Shown here piece after piece: positions 49,921-61,581 of a stretch of 64,000 bases of DNA (position 1 is the first letter of the stretch; each line of letters starts with the position of its first letter). The position numbers and the translations under genes were made by a program. The notes beneath the pieces were generated by a model. It searched no databases. It saw nothing but the letters and a program-made list of their open reading frames with translations, and had not been told where the DNA came from. Origin of the DNA: an uncultured virus (IMG/VR IMGVR_UViG_3300010885_077351). Its lineage: Duplodnaviria > Heunggongvirae > Uroviricota > Caudoviricetes. Where the stretch lies: the IMG/VR virus record IMGVR_UViG_3300010885_077351; one strand, given 5' to 3'.

Positions 49921-50499
49921 TTATTTTAAGTTACCAATCAAATACCAAGTGTTGGTATCTGTTTTAATTAATGTACCAGCAGCATAATTACCAGCAAGAG
50001 ATAGTGAATTGTTAAAACTATTGATGGTTACACCAACACCTGCAGATAAAACAGTGTAGTTGCTGGCTGATTTATTACCTTGCACGACAACCAGTTGTGA
50101 TCCTGTAGGAAATGCTACTGTATTATTACTTGGTACACCATAATATGTATTTGTACTGAATGTATCTATGGTAGTTTTATTAGCATTTGCAAGCGTTAAA
50201 CGGTAATTTGCAGCTGCTGTACTGCTAACAGATGTTACAAAAGTTGCAGCACTTACTGTACCTGTAAATACAGACCAACTACCACTATTTGCTTGAACCG
50301 TACTGTAGACTGATGTATTATTTGCACTTTGAGAACTTACTATACTATAAATCGTTAGGGAACGCTCTAGACCACCAACACTAATTTGATTGAATGCACT
50401 GGTTCCCGATAAAACTGTACTAATGTTTAATAACAGACGATCAGTACTAGCAGCAGTAGTAGTAAGTTGAAGAGATGAAAAGTTTACAGGTGTTGACAT
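49921..50499 (-). CDS. Short fibre protein
   Basis: N-terminus paralogous to 50886-52405; C-terminal FPTG...AGVGVTIN...TLIKTDTNTWYLIGNL. Confidence 0.75.
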   Translation of the reverse strand: MSTPVNFSSLQLTTTAASTDRLLLNISTVLSGTSAFNQISVGGLERSLTIYSIVSSQSANNTSVYSTVQANSGSWSVFTGTVSAATFVTSVSSTAAANYRLTLANANKTTIDTFSTNTYYGVPSNNTVAFPTGSQLVVVQGNKSASNYTVLSAGVGVTINSFNNSLSLAGNYAAGTLIKTDTNTWYLIGNLK

Positions 50500-52367
50500 A
50501 GAGATAAATTAAAACAGATTAAACTTCATTCAAAGTTACGGTACCATCTGCATGTATAGTAACAGGTTTATAGTAGTTAGCCATAATACCTGCAGTGCAT
50601 CCTGGTTTAAGAGATTCAAGATAAGAACGAAGACCTTCTGAAATTACAAACAAATCTTTTGCATCAGTTCCAAGATATTCTAATGTTTCTTTGGCACCAA
50701 AAGCAACACCATTTTCATCTGTTTTTTCACTCCATAGCAACGACATACCAATTTCCCACCGTCTCAATAAATTATCAAAGCTGTTACGAGTGTAGTCAAC
50801 TAATGCAGTTGCTGTTTGTTGTTTGATGTCAATTGCATGAGGTGGGTTTAAAATGTTCATAATACTATTTATATGCTAAACTAGTTCATGCAGAATATTT
50901 CATTTCTATACCATCAACAACTGCGACCCATCTCCAATTTTCATTTGTAATTCCAGTAACTGAAACATTTACAGCACCACCACCAACAGTTATAGTTGCG
51001 TCCGTATTAGTATTTCCTTCGTAGGGTGTTGTAATATCTACAACATTTACTGCAGATAAAGTACCACTTACATTTCTAAGTATTGCTCTTTTATTATATT
51101 CTGAAATTGTTGTTCCATCATCTTTAGAACCTATAATTTTGAAATTCAAAGAATATGTATAACCACTTTGTAGGGTTATTGGTTGACTTGAACCATCGAG
51201 ATATAGTTGTGTTGGTGAGTTAGTAGATAAAGTACTATTTCTTAAAGTGTATCTTACATATTGTGCATCTCCACGTTCACCAAACATTCCAGATGCATGT
51301 GCATATTGACCATACAGCACACTATTGGATTGAAATCCAGACGCAACAGAAATGTATCCTGCTGCTCTACAGCTTAAGCCACCACCAACTGTTGCATAAC
51401 TCCCCTCTACAATGTTATAAGCACCACCACCAATTGTTGCTAAAGGACCATTGGTCCTATTGAAAAATCCACCACCAATTGTTGCATTAGCACCATCCGC
51501 GGTGTTGTAACCACCACCAGCAATTATTGAAGAATCACCATTTGCATTGTTTTGCTGACCACCACCCACTGTTGCAGCATAATTAATTGCATAATTTACA
51601 CCACCACCACCAATGGTTGCATACTGACCTGAAGCAATGTTACTTTGACCACCAGCAACAGTTGCATAAGTTCCAACAGTTGCTCTGTTATATTGACCAC
51701 CACCAATTGTTGAATAGGATGCGGTTGCATCGTTATCAGTACCACCACCTACTGTTGATCTGGGACCTGCGTCGTTAAGTGTACCACCTGCAACAGTCCC
51801 TAATTCACCGGCAGTATTGCTAGAACCCCCACCTATTGCTCCATAATCACCACTTGCTCTGTTTCCATTCCCACCTGCAATCGTTGCAGCTATACCCGGT
51901 ATTTCATTATATGCTCCACCACCAATTGTTAATAATTTCCACTTGCAACTTGGGTTGTTGAATTTCTTAACTTTTGCCAATCTGTTGCATACTGACCTCG
52001 TTTATCACCTCCAGAGTTTTGATTATTTGGAATTTGTGCTAGGGTAGCACCAGTACCTTTAGCTCCTATCACAAAATCAACGTTAGTTACAGCTGAATTA
52101 ATATTTAATGCATGTGCAGTGGTTACATCATTAGGTGAAGTGATGGAAGATACTTGTGTAAAAATGGTTAACGCATTATTCCACAATGCAGAACTAGCTC
52201 CGACAGTTGTATACGTACCTTGCCAGTTAGCACTCTGTGAGTTAACTGTACTATAAACAGTTAAAGAACGCTCTATATTACCAACACTAATTTGATTGAA
52301 TCCAGAAGCTCCAGACAAAGCTGAACTATTTCTTAATAAAAGACGATCAGTACTAGCAGCAGTAGTA
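50435..52367. repeat. 27-bp identical direct repeats (50435-50461 and 52341-52367) in two fibre 5' ends
   Basis: AGACGATCAGTACTAGCAGCAGTAGTA twice; a further 22-bp match ACCAACACTAATTTGATTGAAT nearby. Confidence 0.85.
50519..50860 (-). CDS. Probable fibre accessory protein
   Basis: 113 aa directly after a fibre gene; TATAAATA 5 nt upstream. Confidence 0.6.
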   Translation of the reverse strand: MNILNPPHAIDIKQQTATALVDYTRNSFDNLLRRWEIGMSLLWSEKTDENGVAFGAKETLEYLGTDAKDLFVISEGLRSYLESLKPGCTAGIMANYYKPVTIHADGTVTLNEV

Positions 52368-52405
52368 ACAGGTTGGAGAGATGAAAAATTTACCGGAAAT
52401 GACAT
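50886..52405 (-). CDS. Fibre protein with mostly 15-aa GGG-x-x-N-x-A repeats (~506 aa), 1-nt deletion at ~51930
   Basis: VASGNY|(S)TIGGGAYN junction restored by one inserted base; the C-terminal domain is paralogous to 6595-10545. Confidence 0.8.
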
Positions 52406-52480
52406 AGGTTTTCAATTATTTATACTAAAAAGTAGATACAAGATAGGTTATGTATCGTTGATTAATGGATAAATATAATT

Positions 52481-55400
52481 GTGAGTCTTCAAAAACATAG
52501 TTTCTCCGAGTTAACATCACCTTCTGCAAGATATTTAGATGAGTTTCTTAAATTTAACCAGTCTAAAAATAGCTTTGAGCAAGGGGTAACACTTAATTTT
52601 ATTGATGCATTATCATCTGTGAATGATGTGAAGATAAACAACTATAGTAGTGTATATTTAACTACAGTACTACCTGACACTATAGTTTTTAGTACAGATC
52701 TATTAAAACCTGTATCGCAAAATATTGTAACATATTTTAGTATACTATCATCTACCGGTGAAATATTGTATCTCAACTTTTCAAATTTACAACCACTATC
52801 TGTAGCTAATAGTACAGAATTAGCCCCTACATATACAAATTCCTATTCCTTTACCCTATCTAGTGATGAACTAAACACATCTAGTCTTTATTATCAGCTT
52901 GAGTTAATAAATGAAAATACATGCCGTATTAAACATACAAGAGCTCAACTAGATTTTTATTTAGTGGGTGGTAATAGTACCCCGTATTCATCTCTGTTTT
53001 ATTTTATAACATCACAAAACGTTGATGAACTACCACCGTTTTATAATTCATCCTTCATAGATGGTTTTGATTATGTACTAGATATTAGTGGTTTTATATA
53101 CCTTACAAAGTGGGTAAAAGGTGATTATTACCTGGTAACAGCCAATAATGGTGTATTAGGATTAACCTTATTTACATCAAATACCATTATAAACGAAAAT
53201 AACTGTTTGTTTAGAATTGCAATTACCGATACATCTATTTCTCCGAAGCTCAATTCATCTTGGGTGTCGTATAAACCTGATCAAATAAATAATCTTGTAG
53301 TTAACACTGCAAGAAGTGTTGTGGGTTTAAAGAATAATAGTATTTTACATTTTGAATATTAAAATATAGATGATATTTCTGTTGTTGATGTAAATGCATT
53401 TAAACTCAAAAATGCATACACAAACAAATTTGTAACAAAAAGAGGTAACTGTTTAATAAATTCATCATCAAACACACCTGTTCCATTTTTTAGAGAATAC
53501 ACTACAATTTGTACAGGTGGTAATCAGGAAGCTGGTTATAGGGATTTAGCTTTAAACTATGTTTTTCATAATTATGACCTTAGATTTGAACCTGGCATTA
53601 GAACTGAATTCACAACACCATCATCAATGTACCCTTACGATCAAATAAACGTAAATGATACAAATTTTGCTACAGATGGAGCGTTTGGCTTCGATATACC
53701 TATTTTAAGCGATAGAATTACCACAAAAAATAGTTTGAACACAACAGATGTATATGGTAGTTACCTTACAACTTGGTTATCTGGTGGTATGTGGCTTGAT
53801 AGGTATTATTTTCCTGATATTGTTACAAGACAAAATGCATTAAGTGGTATTGCATTGTATAATCCAACGTTTAATAATGTTATCAGTCAGTTAGCTTATC
53901 AAAACGTTGATAAAATTAGAACGCAACAGTATTTTGATGTGGTTAGTGATCTTGCTTTTTATCCTAATGAATCATACTACTATGAGAGAGTGAGTGATTC
54001 TACGATAACATCATATGTTGATACAATTTCAAATTTAGTACAGAATGGGTTTGAAAATGTAACAAATAACAGTAGAATAACAACATTAGCTAATGTTGAT
54101 ACGTTAGTGTTAGATGCAAGTAATTATTCATCCATACCAATTGAAAGTATAAACAACACTGGTTCTTTTACTGTTGTTTTCACCATTAATAATAATTTTA
54201 CTGAAAAGTTTAGCTATGTAATGGGTAATCTCATCGAAGAAGGGTTTGGTATTTACAATGATTCAGCTATTACACCATTACTTTACATAAGAAGTGGTAA
54301 AAATCTGAATGCATACAACACAGATACGTCACTTATTTACTCTTTAAGTTTTGATGATATAGTATCTGGGGTCGTTGATCCGGCTGGTCTCGGTGATTAT
54401 CATATCATCTCAGGTACTAGCGTTTATAACATTGCAACTGATGGTACAATCGTAGCTAAGGTGGATATAGCTGGTTTAACTGGGTATTTAGATTATTACC
54501 ATGCTGGAGGACACATATATTTCCTAACATCGTCAGGATTAACTTTTATTGATTACAATACAACATCTAATCTTTATGTTACAGGTGGTATTACAGTTTT
54601 TGCATCAAATGAATCAGCACCAGTAGGTATATATGCGCACCAAGGTGTAGTTTATGGGTTTGAATCAACTCAACTTAAGAGGGATTCTAGAGGTTATCTA
54701 TATGGTATATACACCGATGATATTATACTAAGGTATCAATTAGATGAACCTTTCGAAGATTCTCTTTTATTTGCAAGATCCAATACTATAATAAAAGATA
54801 TCAATATCGACAATGAAGATAACGTTTGGATGCTTCATAATGCATATGAACTTACCAAAGTTGATCAAAATCGTAGATTAATTGGTAATATGTCATTTTT
54901 AGATACACTTACATGTTATGATATCGACTTTGTGAATGAATATAAGAATGATGGTACAAATTATTTTTATCCGGTAATATTAGCTACTGATGCTGATAAA
55001 AATGTATACACAATTAAGGATTTTGATTTTAATGTTAACACTAATACAACAACTCAGGCAATAAGTAGTGTTTATAATGGTGAAGAACAAGATACAACCG
55101 GTTATAATGAGTTTGTGGGTAGCTTAGATTATAAAAATCTTAACTTTGAGTTAAGATTGGTAAATATTTTTAACTACCTAGATAGACAATCAATTAAGTT
55201 TTCTATACCTACTAATAATCTTTCTAAATTTAGTAACACACTATGTTTTTCATATAGTAATGATGGTAAAGCTTCATTATATTTAAATGGTGTTATTATT
55301 GATAGTGTGGATGTAGACCAGTATAAGTATATTGGTAACATATTTGTAAGAGATAACATTGTTGTTGGTACTATTCCTTTCCATAACAACACAATCTTAG

Positions 55401-55765
55401 GTGATTTTTTAGGTATACCATCCTATGGTAAGCTCAATAACACCACAATTACTGATTTTAGACTCTATAATAGAGGTTTGAATGATACTGAGATAAAAGC
55501 TCTTTATTTGGATATTGGTGCTGCGGTGGGTTCACTAGCGACGTCGTTACCTTGTGGTCAACGTAATGATATTGAGGAAATACAGAGTATGTTTAAACTA
55601 TCTCAACCGGTTTCTAAGTCTAATGTTATAGATGTTATTGTAAAAAATACAGGCATTGCAGATATTGTTTTGCAAAATGAGCTAGCTACTAGTATTGTAC
55701 AGGAAATTAACAATACATTACCTGGTGATGTTACAGTTAGGGACATAAACTTAATTAATTATTAA
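52481..55765 (+). CDS. Large structural protein with C-terminal LamG-like domain (~1094 aa), one in-frame TAA at 53360-53362
   Basis: The frame stays open after the TAA into ATG 53627; ASLYLNG...ITDFRLYNRGL...EIKALY. Confidence 0.72.
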
Positions 55766-55766
55766 T

Positions 55767-57589
55767 ATGGCAATAAATTTTAGCTCATTAAAGGTTGGAT
55801 ACACGGAAGGTGATGCATTTAATTACAATAATGCACCATACACTGGTTATTATACAGTTTTAAGTGGTACACCTTATAGAGGTAAACTAACAACAACAGA
55901 TATTTTAAGTAATCAAGATAACTACACAAACAATGTATTGGTTTCTGATTACCTATTTGATAGAACGTTAGTTGATACCATTTCTTTAGATTATACTATA
56001 GAAGATCTCACCATTCCAAATGGTGAATTTATCACAAGTGTTAACATAAACAAGTATTTTGAAAGGTTTCATCAAAATACTACCTACCTATACTCTAGAT
56101 TGTTTATGTATGATAGTAATATACCTAGAAATGTTACTGCAGTTATTGGTGTTACTGGTACTAACGATAGTTTAAGATTTTATACTGACCTAGATAACTT
56201 TACACCAGGGAGTTTTACTGCGAACTCCCAAGTTTCATCGTATAATTTTGGTAATATAGAGAGTATAGCTTATAAAGTGAATCCTGATACTGGTAATTTT
56301 GCTTTATTTACAGCTACATCGTCAAGTATAATTGCTCTTACAGGTAATATTGCAAATTTGACCCAAAATCCCACATCTGTTGGTATTTCATTATCAACTT
56401 CGTTAATTAACCAACAACCAGACGATTTATCATTTTTACAGATTGTTGATATGGAAATTATTGGTGATTTCCTTTATGTGCTAGATAAAGATAGAAATAG
56501 TCTTGTAAAATATAACATATATAATTTCTATAGTGGTGATCAATCAACACCTGTACCTAAAGTAACTGTTGAAATAAAAAGTGGTGGTGGTAAATTTTTA
56601 CCTTCATCGTTCAATTACCCAGATTTTATGACTACTACAGGTAGTAGTATTATTATATACCAAAGTAATGATAGATTCTTTAAGCAATATGATACAAGCT
56701 TGAATTTAATTAACTTTGGTAGGGTATTTAGAAGACAAAATGAAGAGGTGATTAGTATTGGTTAAATAAAATCTTTAATTTGGTTGCATGTATTGTAAAA
56801 GTGAATGACGTTTATAGTTTTTATTATCTTGATAATACATTCAATATTGTTGAAAAATATAGTTTTGGTATTAACCTCACTCAGGGTGAATTTATTAAAA
56901 AACTAATGTTTAGTGAAAATGATTCAAATATTTTTTATATTACTACTAATAAATTCATTTATAAAATGATGGTTAACCAACCTGATAAAATTGTAGGTAT
57001 ATTTTCAGATAAAAGGTTAAAAATAACTGATGATTCTTCAGGTGATTATTTAGGTACAATACTTGTTGGTACATCTAACAACTACGATACTATTATTTTG
57101 GTTAAAAATAATAGATTTATGTTTTTAAATGAACCCAATACATTTACTGATGTGTTGAAAACAAAAGACTTTAGTAATTATCCAATAGAACAAATTAAAC
57201 TGGATAAAGAAGAATATTTACAAGCTAATTATATCAATAAAGAGCTGTACAAACTTTTTGAAAATATAATAAGAATTAAAAATCAGGTAATTGGTTCATT
57301 TTACGGGGCGTATGAAATTACTAATCAACAACTTACATACGAAGATTCATTATACTCACCATCTTTAGTGTTAAGAGGTATAAATTATTTTTTAAATTAT
57401 GACTTTCTAAATATTACAAACGATAATGATTTTTTTATTCATGAAAATGAACCAATTAATAATTTGGTGTTGAATAGATGTTTCACCAACCTATATAGAT
57501 TACAAGAATCTATCCTTCTCTCTACTAAAATTGTTAACACCTCTCTAGTACCATACCTCACAACAGATAATGTATTGTATCTCAACTAA
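55767..57589 (+). CDS. Structural protein, probable beta-propeller (~607 aa), 1-nt deletion at ~56764
   Basis: One added base gives ISIG-Y-NKIFNLVAC; FLYVLD; paired termini IPNGEFI...IN / IHENEPI...LN. Confidence 0.68.
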
Positions 57590-57607
57590 ACTAACTAAAT
57601 ATTTAAA

Positions 57608-58282
57608 ATGGCTGATAAAATTGAAATTTTCGAAAACACTATAACTAAATTGTTATTTAGAAGAGGAACAGATAACGATAGGCTAGCGGTAACTCTTAGT
57701 TTGGGTGAACCTGGATTTACCACTGATACTAAAAGATTATTTGTTGGTGATGGTAGTACTGCAGGTGGTATTGTAGCTGGGAACAAATATTTAGGTACAA
57801 CTTTTGTACCAACTACAATATCAACAGCATTAACAGGTGATTTATGTTACGCGACGAAAAATAATTTTGATCAATATTTCACAACTTTTATTAAAACATC
57901 CAATACTAATGATTTAAGTAGTTGGACACCAGTTGTACCAGTAGCTTCTACCCCGAAAGCATGGGTGTGTTTTAATGGTTCTTCATCAACACCTGCAGTA
58001 TCAACAACTATTTGGGCCTCACATAATATTAACCAGGTGGATGTGGTTAATCAAGGCGAATTTAAAATCTATTTTACAAATACCTTTGCAACTTCTACAT
58101 ATGCTGTTGCATTCAGTAATTCAGGTTCAAGATCTAATCTTAAACTCAAAACAGATAATAACGCTGACGATGGTACAACAAATACCACTAAAACAACAAC
58201 ATCTGTAACTGTTATCAACACTAATTCATCAGGCACACTTACCGGTACTAGTAATGCTAGTGTGTTTATTTACGCACCATAA
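57608..58282 (+). CDS. Short fibre with Mtd/hyaluronidase-type N-terminal domain
   Basis: RRGT...LSLGEPGFTTDTKRLFVGDG; C-terminal KAWVCFNG. Confidence 0.75.
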   Translation: MADKIEIFENTITKLLFRRGTDNDRLAVTLSLGEPGFTTDTKRLFVGDGSTAGGIVAGNKYLGTTFVPTTISTALTGDLCYATKNNFDQYFTTFIKTSNTNDLSSWTPVVPVASTPKAWVCFNGSSSTPAVSTTIWASHNINQVDVVNQGEFKIYFTNTFATSTYAVAFSNSGSRSNLKLKTDNNADDGTTNTTKTTTSVTVINTNSSGTLTGTSNASVFIYAP

Positions 58283-59091
58283 TGGGTAGAGTATCAAATA
58301 TTTTAAATCCTGTAAGTAGTAACGCAAACTATGATATAGTTTGGTCATTTAAGTTCTTACTATCAAGTGTAAGTGCTACACCGGCAGATCAAGGTGGTTT
58401 TGTAACATATCTCGTACCATCAACTGCTACTAATCCTAACACCTCACCACCTACATACACAGTAGGTGGTTCTGGATTATTTTTAGGCTACGATAATACA
58501 CCACCAGGTGGTATTATAGATGCTGCTATTGGTATCGGGTTCGATACAATGGGATTGTTTGCTGTATCAGGCATTGATTCTCGTACATATGGAGTTAATA
58601 TATCTGCTGCTAAAAGAAACTCTGTAACTATACGAGGAGGTTATAGCGCTTTTGAAATGCTTTATAACGAAAGTCTTTCAGCTTTAAATACAAATTTTAC
58701 TCTTTTAACAACAACAGAGAATTACCAATGGCTAAGATTTCGCTTAGGTAATATCGGTCAGACTCTTTATTTAGACTACAGACATAGAGACAATGATTCT
58801 TATTCGCAATTGTTAGAGTTACCAGTTAATTTACTAATTAATGATAACACCTTTTATAGTGTTGGTATTTCATACGCATACCCTCTTAGTTCTACTACGT
58901 ACAGTGAACAATCTAATACTATCCTCAGAATTAAAAACTTTCAAGTTGAAGGTAGTATAAGTGCGCCAGATACTTTCGTGTATAGTACAACTAGTATGTC
59001 TATTACAGCTCTTGAATTTGAGACAAACACCTCACCTATTACTGGTAATAGTATTCTCGCTGTACAAGATGAACATATATTCCTTACATAA
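58282..59091 (+). CDS. L-type (legume) lectin-like protein
   Basis: ADQGGFVTYL...GGSGLFLGY...AIGIGFDT. Confidence 0.6.
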   Translation: MGRVSNILNPVSSNANYDIVWSFKFLLSSVSATPADQGGFVTYLVPSTATNPNTSPPTYTVGGSGLFLGYDNTPPGGIIDAAIGIGFDTMGLFAVSGIDSRTYGVNISAAKRNSVTIRGGYSAFEMLYNESLSALNTNFTLLTTTENYQWLRFRLGNIGQTLYLDYRHRDNDSYSQLLELPVNLLINDNTFYSVGISYAYPLSSTTYSEQSNTILRIKNFQVEGSISAPDTFVYSTTSMSITALEFETNTSPITGNSILAVQDEHIFLT

Positions 59092-59103
59092 ATAATATAA
59101 GCA

Positions 59104-61332
59104 ATGAGTACATATATAGTCCCAGGTACAAGACTTACCACTTTAACAGCTTTAAGTGTTCTTACAGATGCTGATTTGTTTTATGTGGTAGACACAACAA
59201 CAAATACATCTCGTAAAACAACTTATGAATCTCTTACATCAAATGTACTTAGAGATTTAACTTCATTTTTCTTGAATTCAACTGGAGGTCGAGTTAATGG
59301 TCTGGTTACGCTACTATCTGGTGTTTCAGCTACAAATTTCTTCTATACAAGTGGTGATGGTTTAGTTGTACCTTATGATAGATCAGACTTTTTATATTTG
59401 AGTTCAACTCAGACGGAGATGTCTAAAGCTGCATCACAACAATATGTTATATCTCAGCTAGCATCTGTTAGTGGTATAACTCAAACCTATTTATTTCAAA
59501 ATTTTGTAGCTCTTTCTGGGTCTGTATTAACTGCAAATCTTTCAAGTTCAATTGTACCTACTACATCTAGTCAATATGTTAATTTAAAGTATATTACAGA
59601 TAATTATGTACCAAAAACAGGTGGTGTGTTTACTGATTTTATTTCAGTACCACAACCATCTGTTGGTGATCCAAGTGCAAGGGTTGCAACAGTTGGTTAT
59701 GTTGAGAGTAGAATTGCTGCACAACCTGGTTCTAGATTGAATAACCTTTCTGCTTTTCCGATTAATAATCGCGACAACAAGCACAATAATAACGGTAGGG
59801 GTAATAGCGGTAATGGTGTTACTTTTATACGAGATAATGATAGTAAAGTAAGATCTTGTGGTCTATATAGTAACGTCAACTCAGGTGGTTATGGATTTTA
59901 CCAAACACAACTTTATAGTTTTCCTCAACTGCCTATTGAATTTCAAATTAATAACGGTACGGAGTTTGCTACAAAGGTACTCAATACTGGTCAATCTACT
60001 TTTATATTATCTAATTTAGGTTATGTATACACTGCAGGTGATAACACTGCAGGTCAACTTGGTGTTGGTGGTATAACTAGAAGAAACACCTTTGTTAATA
60101 TTACTTCTAGTATTACACCATCAACAACCGGTACTCAAATTACTGGATTGTTTATTAGTCAGGGTAATGACCAAACAACAACTAATAACTCTGTTTATTT
60201 ATTGAGTGGTGGTCAGTTATGGGCATGGGGATCCAATAAAATAGGGCAACTTGGTGTTGGATCAACCACAAATGTTGCTGTTCCAGCACTTGTAAATTTA
60301 GTGAGCCCAGGTTCATCAATTGTTGGTCAATATTTAACTAAAATTGCAGCGTCTAACTCAGCTGCGTTAGGCTATGTATTAGCTATAGATAGTAATAAAA
60401 TAGTGCATGTCGCTGGTTGGAATGCCGCTGGTCAATTAGGATTGAGTGCAGCTATAAATGGTACGGGATCAGGTAGACGTACTGGTGCCTTTCCAACAAA
60501 TACCACAACATTTAAAACATCTCAGTTGTGGACAATCTCTAGTGTTCAAGTTTCACCTCATCTACAAACTGTTCCATTACCGGTATTAATATCCCCTACA
60601 ATAACTGCAGATGAAGTTTATACAGCTGGGTCAAATTCATACATACTTACTGGTGGTAGTGTATTGTCTTGTGGTAGAAATGGTACTGGGGCTTGTGGTC
60701 TTGGTAACACAACAAGCGCTCCAGGTATCTTAAGTCCAGCTACTACTAGACCTTATTGGCAAACAGTTATTAGTGATACATCAGGTGCACCCCTAACAGG
60801 TGTAGAATATTTAACTACTAGTGGTGATCCAGCTAATATAGGTATCGTAAGCGTTTGTGCTTATATATCATCTTTATCAACAATTAAAGTGTGGGGAAGC
60901 AACAGCAGTGGGCAGCTTGGTACTGGAAATAACGGAAATCAACTAGTTGCGACAACACCATCTAGTGCTCCAACAGGCATTCTCAAAGCTAAAATGGTTG
61001 GTCAACAGCATAACACCACATTATTTGTTTTAGATAGTGCTGGTGACATATATGTTACAGGTTATGTTGATGGTGGTTTAGATGGTCGTGGAGAAGGTAA
61101 CATTAAAGTACAAAATACATTCCAGAAAGTAATTCGACCACAAGGTATTAAATATGTTGACTTCGAAGTGTTTTCATATGGTAATATGTCTCAATTTAAA
61201 ACTGTATTAGCTCAATCACTTACCAATGAATTATATGCATGGGGTTACAATACATATAATCAAGGTGGGTTTATTAATATACCAGCTACTAAAACAATTA
61301 TCGATGTACCTATCAAGGTAAGTCTATTCTAA
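59104..61332 (+). CDS. Fibre protein with C-terminal RCC1-repeat beta-propeller
   Basis: Repeats YTAGDNTAGQLG, WAWGSNKIGQLG, AGWNAAGQLG, SCGRNGTGACG, VWGSNSSGQLG, VTGYVDGGLDG, YAWGYNTYNQG. Confidence 0.82.
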   Translation: MSTYIVPGTRLTTLTALSVLTDADLFYVVDTTTNTSRKTTYESLTSNVLRDLTSFFLNSTGGRVNGLVTLLSGVSATNFFYTSGDGLVVPYDRSDFLYLSSTQTEMSKAASQQYVISQLASVSGITQTYLFQNFVALSGSVLTANLSSSIVPTTSSQYVNLKYITDNYVPKTGGVFTDFISVPQPSVGDPSARVATVGYVESRIAAQPGSRLNNLSAFPINNRDNKHNNNGRGNSGNGVTFIRDNDSKVRSCGLYSNVNSGGYGFYQTQLYSFPQLPIEFQINNGTEFATKVLNTGQSTFILSNLGYVYTAGDNTAGQLGVGGITRRNTFVNITSSITPSTTGTQITGLFISQGNDQTTTNNSVYLLSGGQLWAWGSNKIGQLGVGSTTNVAVPALVNLVSPGSSIVGQYLTKIAASNSAALGYVLAIDSNKIVHVAGWNAAGQLGLSAAINGTGSGRRTGAFPTNTTTFKTSQLWTISSVQVSPHLQTVPLPVLISPTITADEVYTAGSNSYILTGGSVLSCGRNGTGACGLGNTTSAPGILSPATTRPYWQTVISDTSGAPLTGVEYLTTSGDPANIGIVSVCAYISSLSTIKVWGSNSSGQLGTGNNGNQLVATTPSSAPTGILKAKMVGQQHNTTLFVLDSAGDIYVTGYVDGGLDGRGEGNIKVQNTFQKVIRPQGIKYVDFEVFSYGNMSQFKTVLAQSLTNELYAWGYNTYNQGGFINIPATKTIIDVPIKVSLF

Positions 61333-61581
61333 TAGACCGTTCGTATATTCGTAAGTGAGATCGTGCTTCATCGAATGAAAGCGCTCGTTGATGTATTTTT
61401 GGAATGCAATCGGTTTTACCCAGTCGATATTTTCAATATCTACATCCATATCCTCACATTTTTTATCAATATAGTCAATTGCTTCAACCAAACATAACCA
61501 CCTTGCATACTGATCAATATGCATTTTTTCTTTACCTTTATTTGTATTAATTGAAATATAAATGTTATTATCGTTTTTCAT
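61324..61581 (-). CDS. Hypothetical protein
   Basis: 85 aa; TATAAT 6 nt before the ATG. Confidence 0.65.
   Translation of the reverse strand: MKNDNNIYISINTNKGKEKMHIDQYARWLCLVEAIDYIDKKCEDMDVDIENIDWVKPIAFQKYINERFHSMKHDLTYEYTNGLLE

Noticed and set aside
13228..52405. Diversity-generating retroelement acting on fibres
   Set aside because: No reverse transcriptase in the window. The repeat pairs are coding in both copies and do not show adenine-specific differences.
52445..52466. Hairpin GATACA...TGTATC in the largest divergent intergenic gap as an ncRNA or tRNA
   Set aside because: Only a 6-bp stem. No cloverleaf was seen here, and intergenic gaps in the window are very short.
270..53362. Stop-codon reassignment suggested by in-frame TAA/TGA
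   Set aside because: Only three cases in 64 kb. TAA, TAG and TGA all end well-defined genes, and long ORFs are otherwise open in the standard code.
12816..56765. Programmed frameshifting or phase variation at the five frameshifts
   Set aside because: No shared slippery heptamer or long simple repeat, and one site breaks the tail sheath, which is needed in high copy. Error is the simpler explanation.
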